Shown here piece after piece: positions 28,839 through 39,361 of a DNA stretch of 64,000 bases. Positions within the stretch are counted from its first letter, which is position 1. Each line of letters opens with the position of its first letter. A program made the position numbers and the translations under genes. The notes under the pieces were generated by a model. It did not search any database, was not told the origin of the DNA, and worked only from the letters and a program-made list of their open reading frames with translations. This DNA is from Candidatus Pacebacteria bacterium GW2011_GWA1_46_10 (GTDB lineage Bacteria; Patescibacteriota; Microgenomatia; UBA1400; PJMF01), in the NCBI GenBank assembly GCA_001002135.1, contig LCLP01000002.1:2520-66519 (forward strand). The letters are read 5' to 3'.

Positions 28839-30127
28839 AAAACGATTATAAAGTCAAAGATCTGACGCTGGCCCGCTGGGGGAGAGAAGAAATCATCCTA
28901 GCGGAAAAAGAAATGCCAGGGCTGATGTCGCTACGGAACGAGTACAGCAAACAACAACCGCTCAAGGGTGCGCGCATTGCCGGGTCACTCCACATGACGA
29001 TTCAAACCGCGGTCTTGATCGAAACTTTACAAACGCTGGGTGCACAGGTTCGTTGGGCATCCTGCAATATTTTCTCGACCCAAGATCATGCCGCCGCGGC
29101 CATCGCTAATGTTGGCACGCCGGTCTTTGCTTGGAAAGGGGAGACAGAAAAAGAATATTGGTGGTGTACTGATCAAACACTCAAGTTTGCTAATGGCAAA
29201 GGTCCCAACCTGATCGTTGACGATGGGGGAGACTTAACAAAATGGGTTCATGAACAACATCCAGAACTCTTGAAAGATCTCAAAGGTGTCTCGGAAGAAA
29301 CTACTACTGGCGTTCATCAGTTGTACCAAATGCTCAAAGACAAGCAGCTGAAAATTCCGGCCATCAATGTCAATGACAGCGTCACCAAGTCGAAGTTTGA
29401 TAACAAATATGGCTGCCGCGAATCACTGGCCGATGGGATTAAGCGAGCCACCGATATCATGCTGGCCGGTAAAGTGGCCGTCATTGCGGGTTACGGCGAT
29501 GTGGGCAAGGGTTCAGCCCAGTCTCTCCAAGGTTTTGGTTGCCGCATTTTGATCACTGAAATCGATCCGATTTGCGCTCTACAGGCTTTGATGGAAGGGT
29601 ATGAAGTAGTCACGATGGAGGAAGCGGTGAAAGTGGCTGATATCTTTGTCACCGCCACCGGTAACCGCGACATTATCACCATCGATCACCTGAAGCAGAT
29701 GAAAGATGCGGCCATCGTTTGTAACATCGGTCACTTTGACATCGAGATTCAAGTTGATAAACTCAATAAATTTCCGGGGATCAAAAAGAAAACTATTAAG
29801 CCACAGGTTGACCTCTATACTTTCCCCGATGACCATCGCATTATTCTGTTGTCCGAGGGTCGTTTAGTCAATCTTGGCAACGCCACCGGCCACCCATCAT
29901 TTGTGATGTCAAACTCATTTACCAACCAAGTCTTGGCGCAAATTGAATTGTGGACGAAAGATTATCAGGTTGGGGTTTATGAGCTACCAAAAGAGCTCGA
30001 TGAAAAAGTGGCTAAACTGCATGTCGAACACCTCGGCGGAAAACTAACCAAACTCACCAAAGAGCAAGCAAAATATGCCGGTATCCCCGTCAACGGACCA
30101 TTCAAACCAGAATACTATCGGTATTAA
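28835..30127 (+). CDS. ahcY: adenosylhomocysteinase
   Basis: [59 protein letters not shown]. Confidence 0.97.
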   Translation: MKNDYKVKDLTLARWGREEIILAEKEMPGLMSLRNEYSKQQPLKGARIAGSLHMTIQTAVLIETLQTLGAQVRWASCNIFSTQDHAAAAIANVGTPVFAWKGETEKEYWWCTDQTLKFANGKGPNLIVDDGGDLTKWVHEQHPELLKDLKGVSEETTTGVHQLYQMLKDKQLKIPAINVNDSVTKSKFDNKYGCRESLADGIKRATDIMLAGKVAVIAGYGDVGKGSAQSLQGFGCRILITEIDPICALQALMEGYEVVTMEEAVKVADIFVTATGNRDIITIDHLKQMKDAAIVCNIGHFDIEIQVDKLNKFPGIKKKTIKPQVDLYTFPDDHRIILLSEGRLVNLGNATGHPSFVMSNSFTNQVLAQIELWTKDYQVGVYELPKELDEKVAKLHVEHLGGKLTKLTKEQAKYAGIPVNGPFKPEYYRY

Positions 30128-30159
30128 TTTTTTCCTCGAGTATGATATGATTCACCTCT

Positions 30160-30702
30160 ATGCAAGGTCACCCTTTAGAAGCGGTAAAATTTCGGTATCC
30201 TTTGCCTCCAGAACAGCTTTCTCAATACCTCAAAAAGGGAATCAAACCACCTTTAGAAATTGCTGAACTTATTACGCAATTATTTTGCGGTCCCCATGAA
30301 CAACAACACATCAAAATGCTCCATGGAGGAAACACAAATTTACTTTTGTCATACAAAGGTCACGAGAGCTCATTGGCAAGCTGGCAAATAGAAGATGAGG
30401 AAATGAAGGTAGTGGCTTTGCAGGGGGCAAAATCGAGAAAATCATGGAGGGTTTCAAATGCTGTTGATTGGCCGAAGCTTTTCGCCCATGAATCTGTTGC
30501 TCTCGCACAGATGCCCGATGCGGGAATCCGCCGAATTACCATGCCAAGCATAAAAAATATTAAAAATTTCTATAATTCAGCAGAAAGCATTCGTGATTAT
30601 GAAACGGTTCAGACTGCTGCTATCCGTTATCGAGTATTTATCGCCATCGCCATGTTAGGCTGGTCTGAAGAAGAACATCAATTTGTGAGGGATCTTAAGT
30701 AA
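30160..30702 (+). CDS. hypothetical protein
   Basis: 180-aa ORF with TATGAT 8 nt before the ATG. Confidence 0.55.
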   Translation: MQGHPLEAVKFRYPLPPEQLSQYLKKGIKPPLEIAELITQLFCGPHEQQHIKMLHGGNTNLLLSYKGHESSLASWQIEDEEMKVVALQGAKSRKSWRVSNAVDWPKLFAHESVALAQMPDAGIRRITMPSIKNIKNFYNSAESIRDYETVQTAAIRYRVFIAIAMLGWSEEEHQFVRDLK

Positions 30703-31297
30703 GCTCTTTGCTCTTTATTAAAGTAAGCTGTTTCCTTCTCATTCCCAGCATCGTGGCAAATAAGCCATTGCCAAAAAACCAAACTACCGGATAGAGAGAA
30801 GTAACAACGGTGTATCTTTCTAGTGCCATAACCGCTAACGCAAAGCGAAGAGTGTTAATGACATAAAAGGCAAGGGTTTCAGAATACGGTTTGCGCCAAG
30901 ATTTGCGGATAGTCGGTATAAAGGCAAAAACTTCGGTGGTAGTCAACAAAATCACTGATAATACCGGTTGTTTTGCCACTAACCACAAACTCAATGCCAC
31001 AAAAGCCAGGATAAAGAAAACCGTATCGGCCAAAACAATATCCCGTTTACCCTTTTTAAAAAAACTTAAAGTAAATACCACAATCACCGACATCGCCGCC
31101 GCTAAAGTCACAAATGCTCCGGGACCAGCCTGATCACTGATTTGCAAGGCAAACACAATCGAAGTCATAATGCCCCAAATAAACCAGCTGTAAATATGAG
31201 GTTGGATTTTGTCTTGAATCAGATCGCGGATATAGGGCACGTAACCAATAAAGGTCAGCAGCACAGCAATAATGCCAACAATAACTTTGAAATCCAT
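30695..31297 (-). CDS. membrane protein (PQ-loop-like duplicated repeat)
   Basis: PYIRD....PH..SW..W and PTIRK.WRKP.SE repeats; multi-TM. Confidence 0.7.
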   Translation of the reverse strand: MDFKVIVGIIAVLLTFIGYVPYIRDLIQDKIQPHIYSWFIWGIMTSIVFALQISDQAGPGAFVTLAAAMSVIVVFTLSFFKKGKRDIVLADTVFFILAFVALSLWLVAKQPVLSVILLTTTEVFAFIPTIRKSWRKPYSETLAFYVINTLRFALAVMALERYTVVTSLYPVVWFFGNGLFATMLGMRRKQLTLIKSKELT

Positions 31298-31311
31298 TGA
31301 GAGTAATTCTA

Positions 31312-32403
31312 TCAGACAATCTTGAAGGATCTATTTATCCTCGTCCCAAACTCGGCCACGATACTTCGAATCAGTTGTTTGGACATGGCGATATTGACCT
31401 TTTTGGTCACGTCCCAGTCAATACCAGGACCAATATTGCCTTCGATAAAGTAGACATGGCTATGGTTGCTGATCACAAAATCAAGTGCGTAAAGTGATTG
31501 GGGTTTGTTAATTTTCCTGACGATTTTCCGGGCGATGGTGTGAATTCTTTTCGGAATATCACTTTCGGTCACATAAACTAGTTGCCCACCCTGGTGTTCA
31601 TTACAGCGAAAGTCATCGGCCTTGGCCATACGGATATAACACTGGAGTAATTGATCATGGTGAAATATCAAACGCAGATCAGTGGAGGTCTGCTTATTTT
31701 TATAGGCAAAACCTTTATCAAAAGAAACGAAGGGCTGTAAAACAAAGTGCATGGTTGGATGTTTCAGCATTAATTTTTTAATTCTAACTGCAAAATCCTT
31801 GGAAATTTTATAGACAAAGTTGCCGCTGGCGCCAAAACGGTCTTTCAGGACAATTTTTTCCGAAAAGTCACCGGCGTACCGCTCGTCCTGCATCAGTACG
31901 CGTAGCTTATTAAGCGCGATATCAATATCTATTGCTTTATTTGATCGAACGCTGACCGTCGGAATAGCGTAGCGGGGAAACTCTTTGTAAGTTAATTGCT
32001 TGTCAAAAAAGATATCGAAAAGCCCTACATCATTAAAAGGCGATACCGATTTATCTGATAACATTAATTTTCTTTCGGCAACCATAGCGGAGGAGAAGGG
32101 CAAAAATTTATCGAAAATCTGTCTTGACCTGGCACGTTTACCAACCTTGGACCAGTCACCCAACGAAGAAGTCCAATAGTTTTGACAGGTCCCTGGACCA
32201 ATAATATCTGACGAGGTCGTCAAGCCGGCATTCAGGCCAGACTTTTTGCATTGATCAAGAAAATAGGCATAGGACAAATTATAGTGCGCTTGTTTTGAAT
32301 CCAATAAAAATGGGTGTTGGCTATGAGCATCGGTCACAGAAGCACTAGCCGCTAAATTAGCAGAATAGACAACCAAAACGTCTAGATTGACCAAACTTTT
32401 CAT
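31312..32403 (-). CDS. ATP-grasp ligase (RimK/YheCD-like)
   Basis: DK..Y, VLKDRFGASG, LQPF, DLR, R...FRCNEHQGG, LDF, IEGN..PG. Confidence 0.8.
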   Translation of the reverse strand: MKSLVNLDVLVVYSANLAASASVTDAHSQHPFLLDSKQAHYNLSYAYFLDQCKKSGLNAGLTTSSDIIGPGTCQNYWTSSLGDWSKVGKRARSRQIFDKFLPFSSAMVAERKLMLSDKSVSPFNDVGLFDIFFDKQLTYKEFPRYAIPTVSVRSNKAIDIDIALNKLRVLMQDERYAGDFSEKIVLKDRFGASGNFVYKISKDFAVRIKKLMLKHPTMHFVLQPFVSFDKGFAYKNKQTSTDLRLIFHHDQLLQCYIRMAKADDFRCNEHQGGQLVYVTESDIPKRIHTIARKIVRKINKPQSLYALDFVISNHSHVYFIEGNIGPGIDWDVTKKVNIAMSKQLIRSIVAEFGTRINRSFKIV

Positions 32404-32471
32404 AAAACATACTTGGGAATATGTGGTTCTAGTATACACGAAAATAAGGTGAAAATCAGAGTAAAATGGAT

Positions 32472-32654
32472 TTATAGTTCAATCGGCTCTTGGATACGAG
32501 GATTTTCTTCTCCTACATTTGCACTATTTTTTGCAGTGCTTTTTGAAGTAAGTCGTTTAATCAGATCACGAACTCGATCTCTCAACGATTTTCTATTCAT
32601 CCCCATTACCATTTCATCAAGATCTCGGCCAAGAGTTAATTTTTCATTTATCAT
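32472..32654 (-). CDS. small hypothetical protein
   Basis: 60-aa ORF with TATACT upstream. Confidence 0.4.
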   Translation of the reverse strand: MINEKLTLGRDLDEMVMGMNRKSLRDRVRDLIKRLTSKSTAKNSANVGEENPRIQEPIEL

Positions 32655-32722
32655 ATAAAAATTAGTATACAGCAGACTTTTTAATGTGGGTAAAGTGCGG
32701 GAGAGTGTTAAAACTCTTTTTG

Positions 32723-33310
32723 CTACTTACCAGTTGCTTTTAGTATCTCTGAATCTCTGATTAGGATCGCTCGATCGCAAGTGTAAATCAGACCCTTGTT
32801 GGGTTGTGATTCCAAGCCCAAATAGATGATTTCAACCTGCCTGTCTTTTGCTTCTTTGATTGCTGGTTGCAAGTCAGAGTCGGAGCTACAAAGAATGATT
32901 GTTTTTACTTTGCCATCACATGATTCTGCCGTCATATCGACTGCTATTCTTACATCAACACCTTTTTCACGAAACACCACCTCTTTCTTACCATTAATAG
33001 TCACCTCTTGTCCCCTAATGTTCCCTGCTTTGACAAATTTAAACGCCTGGTTTTGAAGACTCGCTTTAAGTGCTCTTTGCCGTTGAATTAATTCTTGAGA
33101 TTTCTTTAGTGAGTTTGGATGAAATCTTAACTTAGCAGCATAGAATCTCTTAACTGATACATTAATTCCGTTAAGAACTGTTGAAAATAATTGATCAAAA
33201 TTATATTTCTCTATATCAATTTTTTGGTCATGTTTAAGGCCAATTTTTCTGATGTAGTACTTCAGGTTTTCACTATCAATGTAGAGAATAGTTTGTTTCG
33301 ATTTAATCAC
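32723..33310 (-). CDS. NYN (LabA/DUF88, PIN-like) domain ribonuclease
   Basis: YIDSEN, EKGVDVRIAVD, SSDSDL.P, L...CD. Confidence 0.9.
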   Translation of the reverse strand: MIKSKQTILYIDSENLKYYIRKIGLKHDQKIDIEKYNFDQLFSTVLNGINVSVKRFYAAKLRFHPNSLKKSQELIQRQRALKASLQNQAFKFVKAGNIRGQEVTINGKKEVVFREKGVDVRIAVDMTAESCDGKVKTIILCSSDSDLQPAIKEAKDRQVEIIYLGLESQPNKGLIYTCDRAILIRDSEILKATGK

Positions 33311-33324
33311 AGCCGGTTTATATC

Positions 33325-33360
33325 AAAAAAAACCTCGTCGGGCCAGAGGCATGGACGAGG
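33325..33360 (-). terminator. intrinsic terminator in the leader of the NYN gene
   Basis: Minus strand CCTCGTC-N14-GACGAGG followed by T8. Confidence 0.7.
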
Positions 33361-33374
33361 CGAGAATTACTTAC

Positions 33375-33403
33375 ATTAAACAAGAAACACATTAAAGTGT
33401 CAA
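33375..33403 (-). promoter_or_regulatory. sigma70-type promoter upstream of the NYN leader
   Basis: TTGACA-N17-TTTAAT on the minus strand. Confidence 0.6.
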
Positions 33404-33427
33404 TAGCCACGTTTTGATATATATTGA

Positions 33428-33505
33428 TGGGGTGGTATACCGGACTCGAACCGGCGACCTCATCCTCCACAGGGACGCGCTCTAACCAACTGAGCTAATA
33501 CCACC
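33428..33505 (-). tRNA. tRNA-His (GTG)
   Basis: G-1:C73 pair, CGTCC-CT GTG GA-GGATG, encoded CCA. Confidence 0.95.
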
Positions 33506-33522
33506 ATTGTATGCTGCAAAAG

Positions 33523-33596
<74 letters not shown>

Positions 33597-33640
33597 ATTA
33601 TACATTGCTTGCGCCCGCCTGTTATTATACTCGATACAAG

Positions 33641-35887
33641 ATGTCATTCACCTTGAAAACACCCTTCCAGCCCACCGGAAACCAACCTCAAGCCATTAAG
33701 AAGTTAACCAAGGGTGTCGAGGCGGGGAACAAACACCAAACACTACTCGGTGTCACCGGTTCCGGTAAAACCTTCACTATGGCCAACATCATTGCCAATA
33801 CTCAGCGGCCAACCTTAGTGGTAGCTCACAACAAAACCTTGGCCGCCCAGCTATACCAAGAGTTCCGCGATTTTTTTCCCGCTAACGCCGTCAGTTACTT
33901 CGTTTCGTACTACGACTACTATCAACCAGAAGCATATATCCCCACCACCGATACCTATATCGAGAAAGAGGCTGATATCAACGATGAAATTGACAAACTG
34001 CGTTTGGCCGCGACGACCAATTTGCTGACCAGACCCGACACTATCGTGGTGGCTTCCGTGTCTTGCATTTACAACCTTGGTTCACCGGTCGAATATGGCC
34101 AATATTTGCTGGAGTTGAAGGAAGGCGAGATCATTCCCCGCAAATCATTGCTTCTTCAATTAACCAACCTGCAGTATGAACACAGCACCACCGATTTTCG
34201 CCGCGGCACCTACCGACCCAGAGGGGACACCATTCAAATTTGGCCGGCCTATCAAAACACCGCGCTCAAGGTAGAAACCCTAGAAAATAAAATCACTAAG
34301 ATCCAAGAAATCGACCCGATCAGCGGCAATGTGGTAATACCCACCAGCCAAGACCCGGAAACCCAGCGCTTCATTATTTACCCGGCTAAGCACTACATGA
34401 TGAACCAAGAGGCACAAACCGCAGGTATGAAAGAGATCGAAAAAGAACTCGAATTCCGCCTCAAGGAAATGGAAAAGATGGGAAAAACACTGGAAGCCTA
34501 TCGACTGAAACAGAAAGTCAATTATGATCTGGAAATGATGCGCGAGTTTGGTTTCGTCAATGGTATCGAAAACTACTCGCGCTACTTTGACGGCCGCAAT
34601 CCTGGTCAACCACCGTATACTTTGTTGGACTACTTTGCCGAGAGTCAAAAACGCTTTGGCCTCGATTCATTCCTGACTATTATTGACGAAAGCCACATGA
34701 CTCTCCCGCAGATCCGCGGCATGTATCATGGCGATCGCTCACGCAAAGAAACACTCATCGAATACGGCTTTCGCCTGCCGAGTGCTTTGGATAACCGACC
34801 ACTCCAATTTCATGAGTTTCTCGAACGTACACCGCAAAACATTTACGTTTCCGCCACCCCGGATGAGTGGGAGCAGCAACAATCCGGCCAGCATATCGCC
34901 GAGCAACTGATTCGGCCAAACGGCTTGGTTGACCCACTGATTGAACTGCGGCCAATCCAGGACCAAATCGAAGAACTGGTGATTGAGGTTATTCGCCGCA
35001 AGTCGGTCGGCCAACGGGTACTTGTCACCACGCTGACCAAAAAGATGGCCGAGGCATTGACAGAGTATCTGAACACCCCGGAAAAAATCGACAAGCTAAT
35101 TGCCAGTTTTCAGCAGAAACAGACAGTGGAAAAATACCCAGAAACAACCTATCAAAGAGATGAATATATTAATACTCAAAACATGGAAATAGGCAAGATA
35201 AATACAGCTTTTTTCTCTCGCATAGAGCCTCTGAAAAATACCAAACAAATCCCGAAACCGAAAGTTGCCTACCTTCACTCGGATATTGAGACGTTAGACC
35301 GCTCTGATATCTTGGACGATCTTAGGAAAGGTGAGTATGACGTGCTGGTCGGCATCAACCTCTTGCGAGAGGGACTTGATCTGCCCGAAGTCAGTCTCGT
35401 GGCCATTCTTGACGCCGATAAGGAAGGTTTCCTACGCTCCACCACTTCACTCATTCAAACCATGGGCCGGGCTGCCCGCCATGAGGATGGCCGGGTCATT
35501 CTCTTTGCCGACAATCTCACTAAATCCATGAAACAAGCCATCGAAGAAACTCAGCGCCGCCGTGAATATCAAGTCGACTACAACGCCAAGCACGGCATCA
35601 CCCCCCAAACTATCCAAAAACCCATCCGCGAAAAATTGTTGCTGCGGGAGGAAACCCATGCTGACAAGCAGCACAAAAAGGGGAGACTGGAAACTTTAAA
35701 AGGGACTACCATTCGTCTCAGTAAAAAAGAGGTCATTAACCTTGAATCGATCGACCCCGAGGCTATGACACCGGCAGAGAAAAACAAGCTGGCCCGTAAA
35801 CTTAATCGCCGCATGAAGCAGGCCGCCAATGACCTGGACTATGAGTTGGCGGCACTGCTGCGAGACACCATTCACAAACTGATGTGA
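33641..35887 (+). CDS. uvrB: excinuclease ABC subunit B
   Basis: GVTGSGKT, FVSYYDYYQPEAY, DESH, GINLLREGLD, QTMGRAAR; carries a ~58-aa insertion. Confidence 0.97.
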   Translation: MSFTLKTPFQPTGNQPQAIKKLTKGVEAGNKHQTLLGVTGSGKTFTMANIIANTQRPTLVVAHNKTLAAQLYQEFRDFFPANAVSYFVSYYDYYQPEAYIPTTDTYIEKEADINDEIDKLRLAATTNLLTRPDTIVVASVSCIYNLGSPVEYGQYLLELKEGEIIPRKSLLLQLTNLQYEHSTTDFRRGTYRPRGDTIQIWPAYQNTALKVETLENKITKIQEIDPISGNVVIPTSQDPETQRFIIYPAKHYMMNQEAQTAGMKEIEKELEFRLKEMEKMGKTLEAYRLKQKVNYDLEMMREFGFVNGIENYSRYFDGRNPGQPPYTLLDYFAESQKRFGLDSFLTIIDESHMTLPQIRGMYHGDRSRKETLIEYGFRLPSALDNRPLQFHEFLERTPQNIYVSATPDEWEQQQSGQHIAEQLIRPNGLVDPLIELRPIQDQIEELVIEVIRRKSVGQRVLVTTLTKKMAEALTEYLNTPEKIDKLIASFQQKQTVEKYPETTYQRDEYINTQNMEIGKINTAFFSRIEPLKNTKQIPKPKVAYLHSDIETLDRSDILDDLRKGEYDVLVGINLLREGLDLPEVSLVAILDADKEGFLRSTTSLIQTMGRAARHEDGRVILFADNLTKSMKQAIEETQRRREYQVDYNAKHGITPQTIQKPIREKLLLREETHADKQHKKGRLETLKGTTIRLSKKEVINLESIDPEAMTPAEKNKLARKLNRRMKQAANDLDYELAALLRDTIHKLM

Positions 35888-35916
35888 TATGGTAGGATCT
35901 CTTAACACTCCATAAA

Positions 35917-36285
35917 ATGAAAAATAGCCAAGAACAAGTAATCTAAGAAATCACTGACCTCTTTAATAAAGCCAAAGCCAACAACGCTGGGAGAACACGC
36001 GTTGATATGATTGCCCGGGCAGTTCAAGCTAGCCAAGCCTTCATCCCAGGTAAAGTAGACACCGCTATCAGACGGTTGTTGGTACCTGACAGTAGTCGGC
36101 CGCGACTCCAAAAGTCCGGAGCGGAGCTCGCGCAGTACATCTTGCTAATGAGTGAAAACAACCCATTATTTGTGACTATTGCCAAGGAAATCCTACGCCA
36201 AGTAGCCGAGTATGATGGACCACCCATTCCACCATTTCAAAAACGTTCTAGGCCATATCGTTCGCAACGTTCAGCTTCACACTAA
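35917..36285 (+). pseudogene. possible nonsense-interrupted hypothetical gene
   Basis: ATG 35917 is in frame with the 36007 ORF; single TAA at 35944-35946. Confidence 0.35.
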
Positions 36286-36391
36286 TCTCATTCCCATAGA
36301 CTGATCTTGATTCATAATTTTGATTTACTAAGGACACTCGAAAATTTCCCGTAACAGCGCTATAATGGTTCTTCATTTTTTGGCTCAGCTC

Positions 36392-39361
36392 ATGAAAAAA
36401 ACTTCGTTAAACCATATCATTGTCAGGGGAGCGCGGGAACACAACCTCAAGAATATTTCACTCACTCTCCCCAAAAATCAACTCATAATTTTCACTGGTT
36501 TGTCAGGAAGTGGCAAGACCTCACTTGCCTTTGACACGCTGTACGCTGAGGGGCAACGCCGTTACGTGGAATCTTTAAGCTCTTATGCCCGCCAATTTCT
36601 TGGCATCATGAAGAAACCGGAAGTCGACCAGATTGAGGGGTTATCACCCGCAATTTCCATTGACCAGAAAACCACTTCCCATAACCCACGCTCCACCGTG
36701 GGCACCATTACCGAGATTTACGATTACTTGCGGTTACTCTTTGCCCGCATCGGTCACCCGCACTGCCCCAACTGTGGCCGCGAAGTCAGTACTCAGAGCG
36801 TTGACCAAATCATCAGCCACGTTATGGAGCTGCTGGAACAAAAGGCGAGCGCCAAACCCAGTCGACTGATGATTCTGTCGCCGGTAGTGCAGAACCGTAA
36901 GGGTGAGTTCTCGTCGCTCTTTGTAAACCTGCAGAAGCAAGGCTACAGCCGAGTACGCGTTGACGGACATGTCTATGACCTGTCAGAGGACTTTGGGTTG
37001 ATTAAAACGAATAAACACACTATTGACGTCATCCTCGACCGATTAAGCATCAGCCGTAAACAACTCCAAGACAAAACCGAATCAAAAACCCTCAAATCAC
37101 GTTTGTCCCAAACTCTAGAAGAAGCACTCCGACTTTCTTCAGGCTTGGTCATCGCCTCATTCGTCGAAGATGTTTCACTGGATTTCCCGGCCAAACCAAA
37201 AAAAATGGCTGACCACCTGTTTAGTGAGAACTTGGCTTGCAGCCATTGTGGTATTTCCATCAAACCACTCGAACCGCGTTTATTCTCATTCAACTCACCG
37301 GAAGGTGCTTGCCCCACCTGTAATGGACTCAGTTCGCTCTTACGCATCAATCCAGAAAAAATCATCGCGCCAAGTTTGACGCTCAGTGAAGGCGCCATTA
37401 TTCCCTTTGCCCGCACTATGAGTTATGACACCTGGTGGGCGCGGCTCGTACAGCAAGTGGTAGAAGAAGAGGGTTATGATTTCCGTCGCACCCCATACGA
37501 GGAGATAGCTGAGAAGACTCAACAAAAACTCCTCCATGGCTCAGACAAAGTGTACCAGGTAGTGGGAGAAAATCGTTTCGGCCGTCAAACGATAATCCAT
37601 GAACAGTTTGAGGGTTTTATAACCAACCTAGAGCGACGCTATAGCGAGACCGACAGCGAGTTTATCCGGCGTGAGATCGAAGAATTTATGGAAAAAGAAC
37701 TCTGTCCGGAGTGTCGCGGCCAGCGGCTGAAAAAATCAGCATTGGCAGTTACGATTCAAGGGAAAAATATCGCCAGTGTGACTAATCTCACTATCCATCA
37801 CGCCCTGGAGTGGCACACCGCACTCAAAAAACCAGATCTTTTACCGTCGCAGGAAAAAACCATCAGTGAATCAATCTTAAAGGAAATTATTGAACGTTTG
37901 AAATTCTTAAGTTCCGTCGGCTTGAGCTATCTCACCCTTGGCCGGGAAGCGTCAACCCTGGCTGGCGGGGAGGCTCAACGCATCCGGCTGGCTTCACAAA
38001 TCGGCACGGGTCTAACCGGTGTGCTTTACATCCTGGACGAGCCCACCATTGGTCTTCATCCCCGCGATAATAACCAGCTGATCAAAACGCTTAAAAATCT
38101 GCGCGACCAAGGCAACACGGTGATCGTGGTCGAGCATGACCGCGAAGTGATGCTTTCCTCGGATCACATTTTTGACTTCGGCCCCGGGGCAGGGAAACAC
38201 GGTGGCAAAATCGTCGCTGAAGGCAGTCCAGCAGCTATTATTAAAGATTCACAATCCACCACCGGCAAGTTTTTGGCCCGCAAAAAAAACATTGTTCGCC
38301 AAATTGAATCAGCCAGAAAAATGATCGACGCTGATCAAACTACTCAGGGCATCGGCACCCAAGGTTCGATCGCCATCCAAGGGGCTACTCACCACAATCT
38401 CAAAAACATCGATGTTAAGTTCCCACTTGGTTCGCTGACTTGTTTGACCGGTCTGTCAGGCTCGGGCAAATCAACGCTGCTGCATGACACGCTCTATCAC
38501 CAACTGATGAAACACTTGGAACGCAAGACCGAGGCTGCTCCTGGGCACGTCGACCGGATCACCATTCCCGACGTGGTCAAACGGGTCAGTCTGATTGACC
38601 AGAGCCCGATCGGCAAAACCCCGCGCTCCAACCCGGCCACCTATACCAAAGTCTTTGACTATATTCGTAAAGTCTTTGCCAATACCAAAGAAGCACACAT
38701 CCGCGCCTACAAACCCGGTCGTTTCAGTTTCAACGTCAAAGGTGGTCGCTGTGAAACCTGCCAAGGTGAGGGACAATTGAAGATCGAAATGCAGTTTCTA
38801 CCTGACGTCTACGTGGAGTGTGACGTCTGTCATGGTAAACGCTACAACGAAGAAACTTTACAGGTCTTATACAAAGACAAAAACATCGCTGAAGTGTTGG
38901 CATTGGGCATTGAAGACGCTCTCAAGTTCTTTGAAACTCACAGCACCTTGAAACACAAACTACAAACACTGGTTGATGTTGGGCTTGGCTACCTAGAACT
39001 CGGCCAACCAGCCCCAACCCTTTCCGGCGGTGAATCACAGCGGGTGAAACTGGCTCGTGAGTTAAGTATCCGCACCACTGATCATGTCGTCTACCTACTC
39101 GATGAACCAACCACCGGCCTCCACTTTGCCGACGTTCAAAAACTGCTGACCGTGCTGCACTCATTGGTCGCCCAAAACAATACCGTCATTGTTATTGAGC
39201 ACAATTTAGATATTATTAAAAATGCCGACTGGATTGTAGACCTTGGCCCCGAAGGAGGAGAGTATGGTGGTGAGGTCGTGGCCGAGGGTACTCCACAGCA
39301 GGTAGCCGAAAATAACAGTTCGTTTACTGGGAAATATTTACAAGCAGAATTGCCAGCATGA
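36392..39361 (+). CDS. uvrA: excinuclease ABC subunit A
   Basis: GAREHNLK, two GLSGSGK P-loops, Zn fingers, LAGGEAQR and LSGGESQR. Confidence 0.97.
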   Translation: MKKTSLNHIIVRGAREHNLKNISLTLPKNQLIIFTGLSGSGKTSLAFDTLYAEGQRRYVESLSSYARQFLGIMKKPEVDQIEGLSPAISIDQKTTSHNPRSTVGTITEIYDYLRLLFARIGHPHCPNCGREVSTQSVDQIISHVMELLEQKASAKPSRLMILSPVVQNRKGEFSSLFVNLQKQGYSRVRVDGHVYDLSEDFGLIKTNKHTIDVILDRLSISRKQLQDKTESKTLKSRLSQTLEEALRLSSGLVIASFVEDVSLDFPAKPKKMADHLFSENLACSHCGISIKPLEPRLFSFNSPEGACPTCNGLSSLLRINPEKIIAPSLTLSEGAIIPFARTMSYDTWWARLVQQVVEEEGYDFRRTPYEEIAEKTQQKLLHGSDKVYQVVGENRFGRQTIIHEQFEGFITNLERRYSETDSEFIRREIEEFMEKELCPECRGQRLKKSALAVTIQGKNIASVTNLTIHHALEWHTALKKPDLLPSQEKTISESILKEIIERLKFLSSVGLSYLTLGREASTLAGGEAQRIRLASQIGTGLTGVLYILDEPTIGLHPRDNNQLIKTLKNLRDQGNTVIVVEHDREVMLSSDHIFDFGPGAGKHGGKIVAEGSPAAIIKDSQSTTGKFLARKKNIVRQIESARKMIDADQTTQGIGTQGSIAIQGATHHNLKNIDVKFPLGSLTCLTGLSGSGKSTLLHDTLYHQLMKHLERKTEAAPGHVDRITIPDVVKRVSLIDQSPIGKTPRSNPATYTKVFDYIRKVFANTKEAHIRAYKPGRFSFNVKGGRCETCQGEGQLKIEMQFLPDVYVECDVCHGKRYNEETLQVLYKDKNIAEVLALGIEDALKFFETHSTLKHKLQTLVDVGLGYLELGQPAPTLSGGESQRVKLARELSIRTTDHVVYLLDEPTTGLHFADVQKLLTVLHSLVAQNNTVIVIEHNLDIIKNADWIVDLGPEGGEYGGEVVAEGTPQQVAENNSSFTGKYLQAELPA

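Noticed and set aside
35072-35263. Intein or intron in uvrB
   Set aside because: No Cys/Ser start, no His-Asn end, too short, and the frame stays open
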